The notes beneath the pieces are model-generated. The model was not told the DNA's origin and made no database searches. It saw nothing but the letters and a program-made list of their open reading frames with translations. 64,000 nucleotides of DNA from the NCBI GenBank assembly GCA_008632985.1, contig QPGO01000055.1, positions 124,001 to 188,000 of the forward strand. Reading direction: 5' to 3'. Shown here piece by piece: positions 22,636 through 36,430 of the stretch. Numbering within the stretch: the stretch's first letter is position 1; each line of letters begins with the position of its first letter. The stretch comes from Psammoneis japonica (lineage: Eukaryota). Position numbers and translations under genes: made by a program.

Positions 22636-25600
22636 AGAGCATGGATCAGGATTTTCCCTGACACTGTGAGAGAGTATTTGTGCACAAATGCCAAATTTCG
22701 TCAAATGACACCACTGCACAAAATTTTGGATGATGTCTAAATCACATCACCATGCCATCACATCCAGCCACACTGCACTCTTCCCTTGCACAGGGGTGTG
22801 CATGAGCCAGTCTATGTGGAGGGACCTCATTGCTGAACCGTTTGACTGGAACAATTTTTTGCACGTTCGTCCGCCACCCCACATTCCTTGTGCTTGTTGC
22901 ACGAGAAAAAAGATTTCGACCATGGTGAGCAAATCGTTCACGGTGGTGTCAATGTTGACAATCGAGTGGCAATCGCATTGGGAGAGTCTTTTTAAACCCC
23001 ATTGGAAGCATCTGGCACAGCAATCGCTGCTCAAATTTTTCCTTTGGAGGCTTTTTTTTCCCATCCACTGCTTCTCATGCATTTTCGCTGTCGTTGCCTC
23101 TGTCCCAATCGAAGGTTGCGAATGCCTCTATGACCAAAGCACATGAAGGTTGCATGCATTCTTTGAATGATTCAATGCAAGTGGTGGTGTGGATGGAGTT
23201 GCCTCCGGATGTTTGTGCTTGTTGGTCAAGCACACCGCCGTGCTTCGTGCTTTTGTGTGGCAAGAACATGCCAATGACAAGGGTGATTGTTCGGTTGCAA
23301 CTTCGTCAATGTTTTAATTTGAGAGGCAAGCACACATAAAATTTGTTGATCAATCCCATGTGAAGGATGTCAGTGGGTGATTGCCTCTCAAACTGTTGAT
23401 TGTCACACTTTTGCTGATGCTTTTTTTGCTCACCATTGAAATTTCTGCCGCAGGTGCATCGACCGGCAACGCCATTTCTGAGGTTCAAGTGGGAGTGCAT
23501 GAGATGCAATCACGTCTGTTCACTTGCATGCACACAGCAGATGACAGGGTGAGGTGTCTGGCTTTTTGGGGTGGTTCCACATGAGCAGAACAAACACAGA
23601 TCCGCCTGGAAGTGGTTTGCCAGAGCCGCCCAACTTGACAAGCAAATCGACTCGGACTGCAAGGAGATTCATTGCATGTTGTTGTCAAATCAACAGTGCC
23701 TTGCAAAGCATTCTCCATTGCAATGATCATGGGTGGTTGGAATGAAAAGCAAAGCTTGGCAAGCACTTGAGATGCCGGAAAAGCTGTTGGGCTGGAGGTT
23801 GTGACGGACCTGTCTGGTCGGACCAAAGCAGCAGACGAAAGTCTCTAAGTTGTGCAGCGCCTCTTAGAGATTTTGTTGGCAATGCATCACATGTCCAAGC
23901 TGGTCATCTGGGGCTCTTGAGCTGGTTTGTCTTAGAAAGTGATGCCAGCTGCTGGTGGGGAGCGGGCCCTGCCTCAGGAGACGTTTGACTTGCGCAACAA
24001 AATTCTCGTCTGCACTTCGCTTCTCTTCTGATTCACATTCTTTCCAAAACAACAGGCAAGAAGACTTCACCCTGACAACAAAGACATTGAAAACAATTGA
24101 TTTTGTGAGCATGACAACAGAAAATGTCACAAAACTTGCTCTCAAGTTCTCACCTGACAACAAATGCTCCGGCATCTGACTCATGATCGGAAGCATCAAA
24201 AGTGGTGCTCTCATCAAAATTTTGCCGCGCCTCTTTTCAAAACAATTAAAAAAATTCATCTTGACCAAAATTCATTGAAGCAGGGAGATTCGGGCAACTA
24301 AAACTTCCATCGAGTTCCAACTTGGACAGGCAACATGTGGGATTTGCACGTGTCCTGCATGTTTGCAAGTGGGAAACAAGATGTTGTGGATTGATTTCAA
24401 TCAAAAAAGTTGCATGTTGCAATGAAGCAAAGAATGTGTGACAGTGACACAATGTCTCGTTGAGAACAAACTCACTTGTTGCCACCAGAATTGTCAGGTT
24501 TTCATCATGGTCGCGCACAACTTCTTTGGCTGCATCAAGTTTTGAGAGTGATGACGTCGACGATGTAATTTTTTGCACAGTGTTGTGGTGCAAAATCTGC
24601 GCATGACGTCAACAAACCAAGCCTGTGGCTCCAGCAACCCCTGGCTCATGTCCCACGAGGTTTGGGAGGGCAGTTCACGTGCCAACCTGGTGCCACATTT
24701 TCAAACAGGTTCGATTTTAGTGGCGTGTGTGTGGGCTTTAGTTGTCGCAGGGTCCAGAGAGTTTCCACATGCATGTTTTGCATCTTGCACAGATTGCACT
24801 CTGTTTCACATGGTGACTGCCATGTTCCTTCCCCAGATTGCTGTGTCCTTCTCTGGTGCAGTGCTTTCCAATGGATGCTCCAGCTCTTTTGGGTTGTTTT
24901 GCTTTCTTGCCTCAGAGACACCAGCACCTGCATCTCCAGCTCAAACATTCTTCCAACATGCTTGCTGAACTTGCTTGCTTGTGATTTCCATGCAACCATC
25001 TGCCTGTCATCCCAACTCAGCAATGGCGCCATGTGCCCACTCCCTCAAATCTTTTGTGCTTCCACACTCAGCTGTGTCCTTGCACAAAATGCTTGCCACA
25101 CCCTCCTTTGGCAGCAGACCCTTGACAGCTTCTTCAATGGCAAGGCCCTCCAGAGATTGTTTCTTCACTCTTGTCCGGCTGGCTTGTTTGCTGCAATCTG
25201 CTGACATGTGGTGTGCCCTTGGATTCCTGTCAACTTCCCAGCCCTTGTCCTTTGGAATTCCTCTCAACTTCCCAGCCTTCTGATGACACCACTCCTTTGA
25301 GCATTGTGTCATGCCTTTTTGGCTTCTGTGCATCTTGGAGCATTGAAGCTTGTCAACTGGCACATGCTCAGTCTTGCTGACTCCTGACTCACCATGTGGC
25401 TTGCAAACACACCTCCATTGCCATTGACCATTGTTGCAGTGTCAACTGGGTGCAAAAGCTAAAAAGTGAGCACAAGATCCACAACTCAAATGAGTTGCAA
25501 AAGCAAACTTGCCACATTGTCCACAATCATCAGCACATCTTTCAACTGCAACTTTGTCTGTCTGTCCTGCAAAAACTGCCTCCAATCCTGATGTTTCAGC

Positions 25601-27563
25601 AGCAGGAGTGCACAGCTGCCTTGAGGTCAACAGTTGATTGCAAAATGGAGCACAGCCATGAAGTGGGCTTTTCGTTGATGTTGTCATTTTTGTTGTTGTT
25701 GAGAAAGGGTCAGCTTGATTTCATCACACCCAGAGTCACAAGTCTTGAACCCCATGTCATGACCTGCTCAACACTCGAGCTTGTTTTTTGAGCCACCAGC
25801 CAGACTTTGACCCCCTGCCAGAGATGGAAACACCCAAGATGTGGGCATTGATGGTGTGCCAGACTTCAAACCAATGTCTTGTGTGAGAACAGATTGGGTT
25901 TGTGTTGTTCATGATGTGAGGTGTCAGAAAACACAGCCAACTTTTTGTGGAGCACACCACAACTGGCCTGACCAGCATGAGTCCACTTGCAACCCCAAAG
26001 GTTGTGTTGGGAGTTTTGCACCAGCATGTCACCAGTGTGTTGTTTTCTCTTTTTGTCAAAAATGGGGGTTTTGTCACCATGATCTCCAAAGCACTGGCCA
26101 TCACTCATCAAGAAGGGGGCCACATTCAAACCTCCAAGAAATGCAACAGCAGAAAGATTGCTGCATGCAGCAGGGAGCTTGATTTGCCGGAAAGTGAGGG
26201 AGGGGTCGTCCAGGACTGGGAGATGAGAAAAAGAGCACTTGACGATGTGAAGAGTCGGTTGTTGGGAATGACATTTTTCACATGTGGAAACCATGCCAGA
26301 TCTTGTGCAGAAATGCTGATGCATGCAGCAAATGGAAGACAGTCAACTGGTGCCAAAGGAAGGCTTGCACTCACACTCATCAGAACCACAACAGAAGCAG
26401 CAGCCACTTTCACCACATGTGGTGAAGGACTTGATTGGCTGATGGGGGAATGAAGAGAGTTGTTGAAGAAAGATGAGCATGGGCACAAGAAGCTTAGAGA
26501 TTTGACAACACAACATTCATCAGTGGTGTTTGCTGAAGCACACAGAATTTGAACTGAAATCCATGTAGAAAATTTCTTGGATCTGCAGAAAACAACGAAA
26601 AAGATCAACGGGCATGCGACCCACAAGGAGTCGACACCAGTCATTTTCCACTTAGTGGCACTGCTCAACATGATGAAATGAGGGCATGCCATGGATGGAA
26701 ATGGCCAGAATGGTCTTGGGAGACCCAGCAAAATGCCATCTGAGAAAGGCGACATCAACTTCTGGTGGGTGGCTGCTGTGGGGATTTACAGCACACTGCA
26801 AGAAAGCAGCAAGTGAGCCCTTTTTCAAGGAAACATTCTGGCATGATTTTGCCAGTCATGTTCAAATGGTGGTTCCATTCACATCTGTCGTCACTTGGTT
26901 TTTGTCCCCCCTTGGAGCTGATTTCCAAAATGTGTGAGCCTCAATTTTCCTGCACACTCTGTTGGGTGCAATCTCAAAGGTCAAGACATTGGCTGTGATT
27001 CATCAGTTCTTGTCCTTGAATGACTTTTTCTTTCTTGGGCTGTGGCTTGATTCCATTCAGACTAAAATTAAAGCCAAGATGCTCCGCTTTCCAAGACAGC
27101 CCAGGAAGACTTCAGTGCACTCCTCCATGCTCGGCAGGTTCTTTCTGGCACTTTCCCACACCCTTGCAGGGGCATCGTGTTCTGCATCTGTTTTTGAAAC
27201 ACCAAAGCATCAAATTGCCACCAAAAGTTGTCGGGAACTTTGCATTGGCATGACATCCTCAGTGGGTTGATTTGCGTTTTTTGTTTGTTTGAAAACGGGG
27301 GTTTTGTGATTGCACGTGGCACCACAACGGGGTTGGTCCTCACTGCGGCGCCCGCGTTGCAAGTTTGTCGAACTTCGACGCGAGCACCGCGATGCGATCT
27401 GCGCGATCTCTTCGATCTTTTTTATTGTATCTCTTTCACCGCACCAAATTTTCGCGATATCTTTTGTGGATATTTTGCTAGCAAGTAAACAACTCACATC
27501 GCTTCTCCTGTCGCAGCGACTGAGAAATAACCACAGATACAATCATAAGCATAAGGATCAATC

Positions 27564-28857
27564 ATGTCTCAAGAACCTGGAACGCCGCCGCCGCCTCCTC
27601 TTTTTCGCCATGCGATCGAGGATCCCATTTCTTATTCAGCGTCAGTATCGCCTTCTGCTGCCCGTGACCGGCGTTACAGCAACCCCAAGTCTCCTCAAGC
27701 CCGAGCTCGTCGCAAAATAACCATTGTTGGGGCGGGGCAGGTGGGTGTATCGATTGCCTTCTCACTCATCAATCGGCACACTCCTGCCGGGACCATTGCT
27801 CTCGTGGACATGAACGGAAAAAAGCTCGATGGCGAAGTGCAAGATCTTCAACACGCGAATCTGTATCATAATCGTATTGATATTCTGGGTTCGACTGAGT
27901 ACGAAATTACCAAGGGATCGCACCTTGTCATTATTGTAAGTACTCTAACGTACAGTACCGTACTCCAGCTTTTCTGATGGCACACCTGGCCTCACTTTTT
28001 GTTCCATCTTTCGATGAAACATACAGACGGCGGGCACGGCTAGAAAGCAAGGCGAATCGCGGCTCACCTTATTGCAGCGAAACATTGGAATAATGAAATC
28101 GATTATGCACAACGTACTAGAGCATTCACCGGATGCCGCAATCTGTATTGTCTCGAATCCTTGTGACATTATGACGGCTGTTGCGGCGAAGCTGGCTGGT
28201 CCCAAAGTGCCTCCCGGAAGGGTAAGTTTGCTGCTGTAACGGTTTCTTTTCTTGAAACTTGTGTCACCCTAGACGTTCGTGTTTGCTTAACATTGTTTCT
28301 TACCGCATGTTGGACTTTCTCTCGCACGGCAGATTTTCGGATCTGGAACAGCGTTAGATAGCGCCCGGTTCCGTTCTTTGCTGGCTCAAGAGTTGAATGT
28401 GACCACCCAGTCCATGCACGGCTTTATCATTGGCGAGCACGGAGACTCTAGTGTCCCCGTGTGGAGCAGCGTGCGAATCGGTGGAGTTCCACTGCTACAA
28501 GAAAGCGATGGGGGAAAGCCCTCTGAGGCTCACAGCAAGATTCACACCGAAGTGGTCCGTAGCGGCGGGGAGGTGATTCGAAAAAAGGGATACACCAATT
28601 GGGCCATTGGCATCTCCATGGCAAACCTGGCCAACATTGTTTTGAGTGACGAAAATCGCGTCGTGCCCGTGTCCACTTGCGTGCGAGGTCTTTACGGAGT
28701 AGAGCACGACGTTTTTGTTAGCTTACCGTGTGTTTTAGGTGCCGGTGGTGTCCATCGTGTCATGCATGCACCACTTACACCCGATGAAGAAGAGCGTTTC
28801 CGCAACTCGGCAAACGCAGTCTGGGACGTTCAAAAGGGTGTCTGGGACTCGCTTTGA
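27564..28857 (+). CDS. L-lactate/malate dehydrogenase family protein (exons 27564-27935, 28027-28221, 28333-28857)
   Basis: Motifs KITIVGAGQVG, TAGTARKQGESRL, VSNPCD, IFGSGTALDSARF, IIGEHGDS and KKGYTNWAIG. Two GT-AG introns keep the frame. Confidence 0.93.
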
Positions 28858-29285
28858 GGGGACGACGGTGAGAGAGTAGTGTAGAGATGGCCCTGTCGAT
28901 GGTTTGGTGCATTGCGAGGAAACAATTTTCAATAAATTTTTGGGCTATGACTACGACAGGCCGGTCCTCTATCTATCTCATTATCGATGTACGTATTGCT
29001 TCACACTATATCGAAAATCATGCATCCGTAGTTTAATCCGTAATTTATCTCCAGAGTACTTGAGCATGGCTAAGGTGACGAGATTTGGATCGGAGAAATA
29101 CTTTAGTTCGGATCTTCTCCGGAGCTTTGCATACATTATATGTAGAACTGGAAATTTTTGCAAGTGTTGTACAAGAAGGTATGAAGAAATACTCCGAAAT
29201 GGCGCATTGCATCTATCGTCTACTCGTGTTTGAGCTTGACGCCTTCGAGTCCTCCTTCGCTTGCACGGCGGTGAAAGGGCACCAA

Positions 29286-30180
29286 TTATGTGGTCGTGTA
29301 TAGTGTCAACGCTGCCTCTAGTTTATTCGGCTTGAAATCTTCTTTGCTGGGTGGAAGCATCTCCTTTCGATTCTTCATTCTCTTGCGGCGCGAGTGCCAG
29401 ACGCAAAAGCCACCAATGATCAACAATGCAAAGATGCCACCGAGGATTGCTCCAACAATGACTCCAGTGTCGCTGTCATCACTGCCATCTGCATCACTGG
29501 GAGGTTGCATGGGAGACCTTGCAGTGGGTCCATCTTCAATCAGAACACCATGTGCCACAATGTTGCTCCCCACAGAGAAGGACTTTCGCTGATTGCAGCC
29601 TGCAATGTTTCAGTGTCAACAAGGCACTCTTTTTGCTTCACTGTCACCAGGGAGATGTCACACAAACAGGGTCAACAAAGGCTGCAGCTGGAGCATGGGC
29701 AATGGCCCCTGCCTCTTGAAGGAGCCTGCAGTGCCTGGAGGTTTCCAAAAATGATGTGTCAACCACAAACGACTCAAAAAGTCAGAAAGAAAGAGATCAA
29801 AGAGGTGGTCAGAAGTCATCAATGTGAGAGTGCAGCCTCATGTGCATGCATGGCAGTGAACCTCAAGACAAAGTCTTCAAGCTCAACCCATGCAGGAAAC
29901 AATGGCTCTGTTGAAGGATTCATGGGAGGGCTGGCTGGCAGTTTGAGAGCACGCAGCTGGCTCTGAAGGAGGGGGGATGTGTTGTTGTTAATGTGCTGAA
30001 GAGCCAGTCAGAGGGCCAGCAGTGGCTGCACAGAGGCATCTTGAAAGCTTGCTCCTCAGCACTGCCCCCTCCCCAACAACAAAAGGGCGCCACTGGTTGG
30101 CCAAGCATCAGCTGGGTTGTTGCACACAGCCTCTGCTGCTCTCCCACATGGTCAGCCACCAGACTTGTTCCAGCCGCACG
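29286..30180 (-). pseudogene. Degraded gene for a single-pass membrane protein (TpA-depleted block 2)
   Basis: The C-terminal piece reads GVIVGAILGGIFALLIIGGFCVWHSRRKR (TM helix plus basic stop-transfer). The upstream part is broken and lacks TpA. Confidence 0.5.
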
Positions 30181-30689
30181 TGAACCAAATCGTGCACAAA
30201 AACGACATTTGCGCGATTTTTGCGCGGTCCCTAACTTACGATCGAACTTTCACCACCAAAAGTATAGATTTATACAAAATATAGGGCCCTAAATGTTTTG
30301 CAACACTAACAAGACTCGTGTGAGTGTTGCAATATCATTGTTATTGTGCCATCTATGTTTTTCATTGCGTTAAAAGATTCGTAACACAACGGATGATTTT
30401 CGGGGAAAATATTGCCGTTATTTGGATGTTACCTAAATATATCTTTCTACGACGATGCTTGGTAGGTTTTCTACCTACAAAGAAATCTCAGTATAAATCC
30501 ACTGATGTACAATCAGTATTGAGTCTACTGAGGAAGTTTATGATACATATCCCATGAGGATTTGAATACCACTCAAAAAACTATTTAAGTGTTCATACTC
30601 TAGAAGCCTATAAAAGTCAATCCGTCTAAGTATTTTTTATTAAAATGCTATATACACTCAAATATACATAAATTATGTTCAAAATCCGA

Positions 30690-31330
30690 TTGTCGTTTTG
30701 TGCGTCACCTGGGACTGGAACACGTCACCAGTGCCTCCCATGCCTTTGTTTTCTTGTTGCTTTGAAGCCAGGTGTGGCCATTTGTGCAAGGCAGTTGGTT
30801 GAGTGTGGGGTGCATCCGTGAGACAGCAGGCAGTCTTCGCCAGGCGTGATGTGCCATCAAACAATCAACAAGAAGGGAGCCACCTCTTGAAACTTGTGCT
30901 GGCTTCCAAAGTCCTTGTCCACCAGTGTCAAGAATTCAACTTGTCAAACCAAGTCAGCATCAAACCTGTCATGAAAGCCCTCTGCCTCATGATGCCCCCT
31001 TTCACACCAGATCATTAGGAGAAATCGCGATGAGTGCTGGTGAGAGCATGTCACACTGTTCTTTTGCACTGCACTGCTTTTTTGGAGCTTGCGTGCAAAA
31101 CAGATGCACACGTGCAAGTCATGGCAACACAAGCTCACTCCAACCGTTGGTCCCAAAATGAGCCCTTTGTCTCTGTGGCACGTCTCCTTGCCCACACAAA
31201 GCACACCTCGAAACGTGGCATGTGTGCTTTTTGTGGGGCTCTGCACCACGCTCCTCGTCCTCTCCAACATCATGCAAAAGCTTTCGCTGCAGCAAGGAAG
31301 AACCCAGTGGCCACTTCAAATTCACACAGC
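30690..31330. other. TpA-depleted block 3
   Basis: Nearly TpA-free and TG/CA-rich; no recognisable protein. Confidence 0.75.
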
Positions 31331-31653
31331 AGGAAGAGCTGATAGAAAAGACTGTCCTTTAGATTGCGGCAGCCACCGCTCTACTCACTTTAGCTCGCAG
31401 TGAGCACGTGACCCGCACCAGCCACGTGATCGTGACATCATGTATGACGTAAAGGCAAGATGGTAAGTGAGCGAGCCTGAATTCGATCGAAGCTCCGGCC
31501 GTGGGAATCAGTTCTGCAACACCCTAAGTAATTTTTACCTGTAACCGTTAAACATTCTACTGGATATCCACGTAGAAATTGTATGAGAGAACTGGCGAGG
31601 CGAATGACTTTGTTTTCTCGCTTGCGCACTTGCACGTTACAAACGACTGCACC

Positions 31654-32460
31654 ATGAGGTCTTCCTTGCCAACATCCAGCGGTACCTTTCAACCGCTTCG
31701 TCACCGAAGTGGGACAATGCGGGATCGTCTTCATGGTTACACGAAACGAACACTCGGAGCAGGAGGAAGCATCAACGAAGCTGTAAGTGACGTTGTTGTT
31801 GACAAATAAGTTAGCTCTGTGTGCTGTTGTGCGTTCACATTATTGTCGGTCTCACTGTATTCTTTGTGCAATTCATTCATTTGTTGATAGGTTGCATTGC
31901 CTGTTGGCGAATCTTGTGCCGGATGGGTGGCTGTTCACGCAATTGACTTTTACAATGACGTGTCTACCATCTGGGCAGTCATGGCGACGGACCCGTACTT
32001 GAACTCGTTTCGTCCCGGCGAAGGCTTTCCATCCGGAGTGGAATATCGCTGGTCGGATGGAGGAGAAGCTGTGTCAGTGAGCGCACCTACGTATATTGAA
32101 AAAGTACTCCGATGGATTGCCGAACAAATCAATGACCCGGCCAAGTTTCCCGATGACGATGACGAAGCGGAAGCTCTGCGCGTGTTTCAACAACCGCAGT
32201 TTGCGGCTCTGTGCGGACAGATTTTTCGTCGCCTCTTTCGGGTTTATGGAATCATTTACTCGAGCTTCTTTGGTACGTTGGAGGCCTTGGATATGGCGCC
32301 TCATTTGAATACGTGCTTTAAGCACTTTATGTTTTTCTGCACCGAGTTTGGGCTCTTGCCGGAACGAGAGATGGAGCCTCTTGAAGTCTTGGTGAAGCCC
32401 ATTCGAAAGCAGTATATTGCCGGAAAGCAGGGAGGAGCCGCAACAGCTGCAGCGAGGTAA
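31654..32460 (+). CDS. MOB1: MOB kinase activator (MOB1 family), exons 31654-31782 and 31891-32460
   Basis: Motifs VALPVGE..GWVAVHAIDFYN, EYRWSDG, SAPTYI, QINDPAKFP, IFRRLFRVYG and HLNTCFKHFMFF. Confidence 0.92.
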
Positions 32461-33273
32461 TTGTGTCGTTGAAGGAAATTTCGTATCAGGGTAGTACGGG
32501 AAGTAGCGTCTGAACGAGTGTGATTTGCAGAGCAGGTCATGGGCACGAGGATTAACAAACAATACAGTAGAGACTGATAAATCGAATAAGAACAAGTAAT
32601 CTTGACGCAGAAATGATTTCGGACCTGTAAGAACAAGTTGATTTGTCAGATCACAATGACCAGAGGATAAGATTACGCTTTCAATCCTATCTTTGAAGTC
32701 AGCAGTAGCTTTTTGCTTCTTCAATAGTTCACCGCGTCGATTCCGAAACGACAATTTATAGTCCCATATTGTTGTATGCGTCCATATCTCTCCATTAATA
32801 AGCTCGGTTTGAGGAGACTCGTCTGCATCACAACACAACAGATGATCCTCTTATTGTGAGGACACCTATTTCGAGGCATCCGCACCTCGGAAAGACTCAG
32901 ACTGTAGTATCCAGCATTCCTAGAGAAAAGACGTTATTATTTGATTCCTCAATTAGTAGAGAGTAGGTATAGGTAGGGATTCTAGCTTGTGCTGCTTAGA
33001 AGTTAAAAAAGCTAGCTGCCAATGCCATCCAATCAATCAAAAAGGGTTTTGTTGCAGTCAGTGCGTCACACGTTTCGTCTTGCGCGCCATTTTTTTAACT
33101 GTGAGATAACGGTTTTGGCGCGCCATATGTTCGTCGATCTTCGCTGGTACATCTTCTACACAGGTCTACAACCACGTAGAAACATACTACAGGCTACGTC
33201 CCTTGCCTTGCGAAAGACAGCGTCGCCTCACAAAAATTGCATCCAACAGCAACAACAAACAACATCATCCACC

Positions 33274-34160
<887 letters not shown>

Positions 34161-35179
34161 ATAGTGAGGGGATCGATTCGGTATGGATTAGATAAATTGT
34201 AGTATGACTCGTTTAGCGCAATTCATTACTAAACTACCGGTGTATGCTAGTCTTAATTATGGTGGTTTTTACTTGTGCGCCTAAAGTTCAGTTTCGCTGG
34301 ATTTCACAACGATTGAATGCTTTCTGTTTAGAAAAAATAGAGTAGGTAAGACTGACGAAATAGCCCAGATGAAGCTAAAGCAGCCGTTTCGCACACTTAC
34401 AGATTGAGAATCTCATCTGAGTTCATAGTAGGCTACAGACCTGGTAGAATTTTGAAGCAATACCGCGACACATGCGATTGTGACTTAGGCCCTAGACATG
34501 CTCTATGTACCTACTCTCTCGAGCAAGCTTAAAAAAGCTATACTGAACTAGCAAAAGATTCTTCCATCAGTCACAACGTCGGAACTGTTTCCGGTGGTTG
34601 AACTTCCCATAATTTTAACTGAAAACATAAAGTGAGCGAAAATCAATAATGTTGGAGTAGGCTAACCAGGCTAACTTTGGTCTCGTCGATACTCTCTAGG
34701 CCCTAGTTTAGGCTAGAGCAAGGTCGAGCCATCGGCATCATAGGAAGCTTGACGTCAATACCATACGACCATTTGTCTCGTTTAATCTAGAGAGTAATGC
34801 ATACCATAAGTATTATTTCAGTCGTACATGTATTTCAGTCCCACTGAAACTCAGGTAATTACCGGTACTAAACCAATCGATGAAGTACAATCTACAATCC
34901 TTGAATACACCGGTACGATGTCTCAACACACCGAGGAAACGATACAGCCATGCGAAACGCAATCAAATTTCAAGGAGCGTTTGCGATTATTAGAATTACA
35001 GTAAAAACTAGACTAGCTAGACCATAACTAGAGAGCATCTTTCACTCCCTCTAGAAAAGGGATCTAGCATCGTGTAATTAAAAGGGAAAAGACCACCCTT
35101 TTTCCAAAACCGCCCAAATCACTAACGCCCCCTAAAATCATAACTTACAAACACCTTGTCCTACTTACAATCCTTACGC

Positions 35180-35740
<561 letters not shown>

Positions 35741-36430
35741 TCAACTTAGCAACAACAACAACAAGAGCGGTCGCTGCTGCGAAATGTCTCTGAAATGGCT
35801 GCAGGTACCAATGCGCAATGACTGCCTCAGATCTTGCCGACAGATGCCGTTGGATCTGGTACACTTTCTACGCAAGCGTGTTGTGAATTCTTCTCGACCT
35901 TCACACGTAGATTCTACGTTGATTTTGTGCTAGATACACGCGGTACGTGGCGGTCCACATCACTTTCGCGGATTGAGCACGAACGACGCACGCACGCGCG
36001 ATTCAACGGTCGAAATTTTTCAAAGCGTTGAGAAAGCGTTAGATTGCGTCAGATGCGAACACCGACAGAGTGAATGACCGATTTGAATGATTCGATTCGA
36101 TGAAAGTAAGACCACAGAGAGCAGAGGGTAGCCTCTACGGTACTCTCTCTAGTAGAGCTAGAGAGTGGCTTTTTGGGTCTTTTGAATGAGCTCTTCCGTG
36201 ACAATCTTTCCTTTTAGAGAGAGTAGCTACTGTAGAGTAGAGTAGAAATTAGTAGAGAGTAGACATTAGCTACCGTATGATACGCCTGCTCTACACACGC
36301 TCTCTGCTATAGACTCGATTTTGTTGCTAATGTAGTTTTTCTCAAAACCCTCTGGGCCTCGCTGGAGAGAGTGAGTTCACTAATTCACTACTCTCTACAT
36401 GTTGTATTCCAATGCCGGTGTCATCTCTTC

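Larger units (their letters stand above)
16129..27350. other. TpA-depleted, TpG/CpA-rich degenerate repeat block 1
   Basis: Only 2 TpA counted in 16141-16740. Six-frame ORFs are Cys/His-rich and nearly Tyr-free. Contains inverted-repeat and direct-repeat remnants. Confidence 0.9.

Noticed and set aside
16129..27350. Dozens of overlapping 60-200 aa Cys/His-rich ORFs in all six frames (also in 40.8-46.4 and 50.9-53.3 kb)
   Set aside because: They are a by-product of TpA loss: TAA/TAG stops and Tyr codons are erased, which inflates ORF length and Cys/His content. They are not real metal-binding proteins.
16129..27350. Alternative genetic code or foreign/contaminant DNA explaining the Tyr-poor ORFs
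   Set aside because: The non-coding LTR shows the same change, and the TSD ties the copia element and the block to the flanking host sequence.
33022..33273. ORF-track N-terminal extensions (PCNA from 33022, ankyrin from 2654, ORF from 549)
   Set aside because: Conserved or signal-peptide starts lie downstream (33274, 2798, 777); the extensions are likely UTR or promoter sequence.
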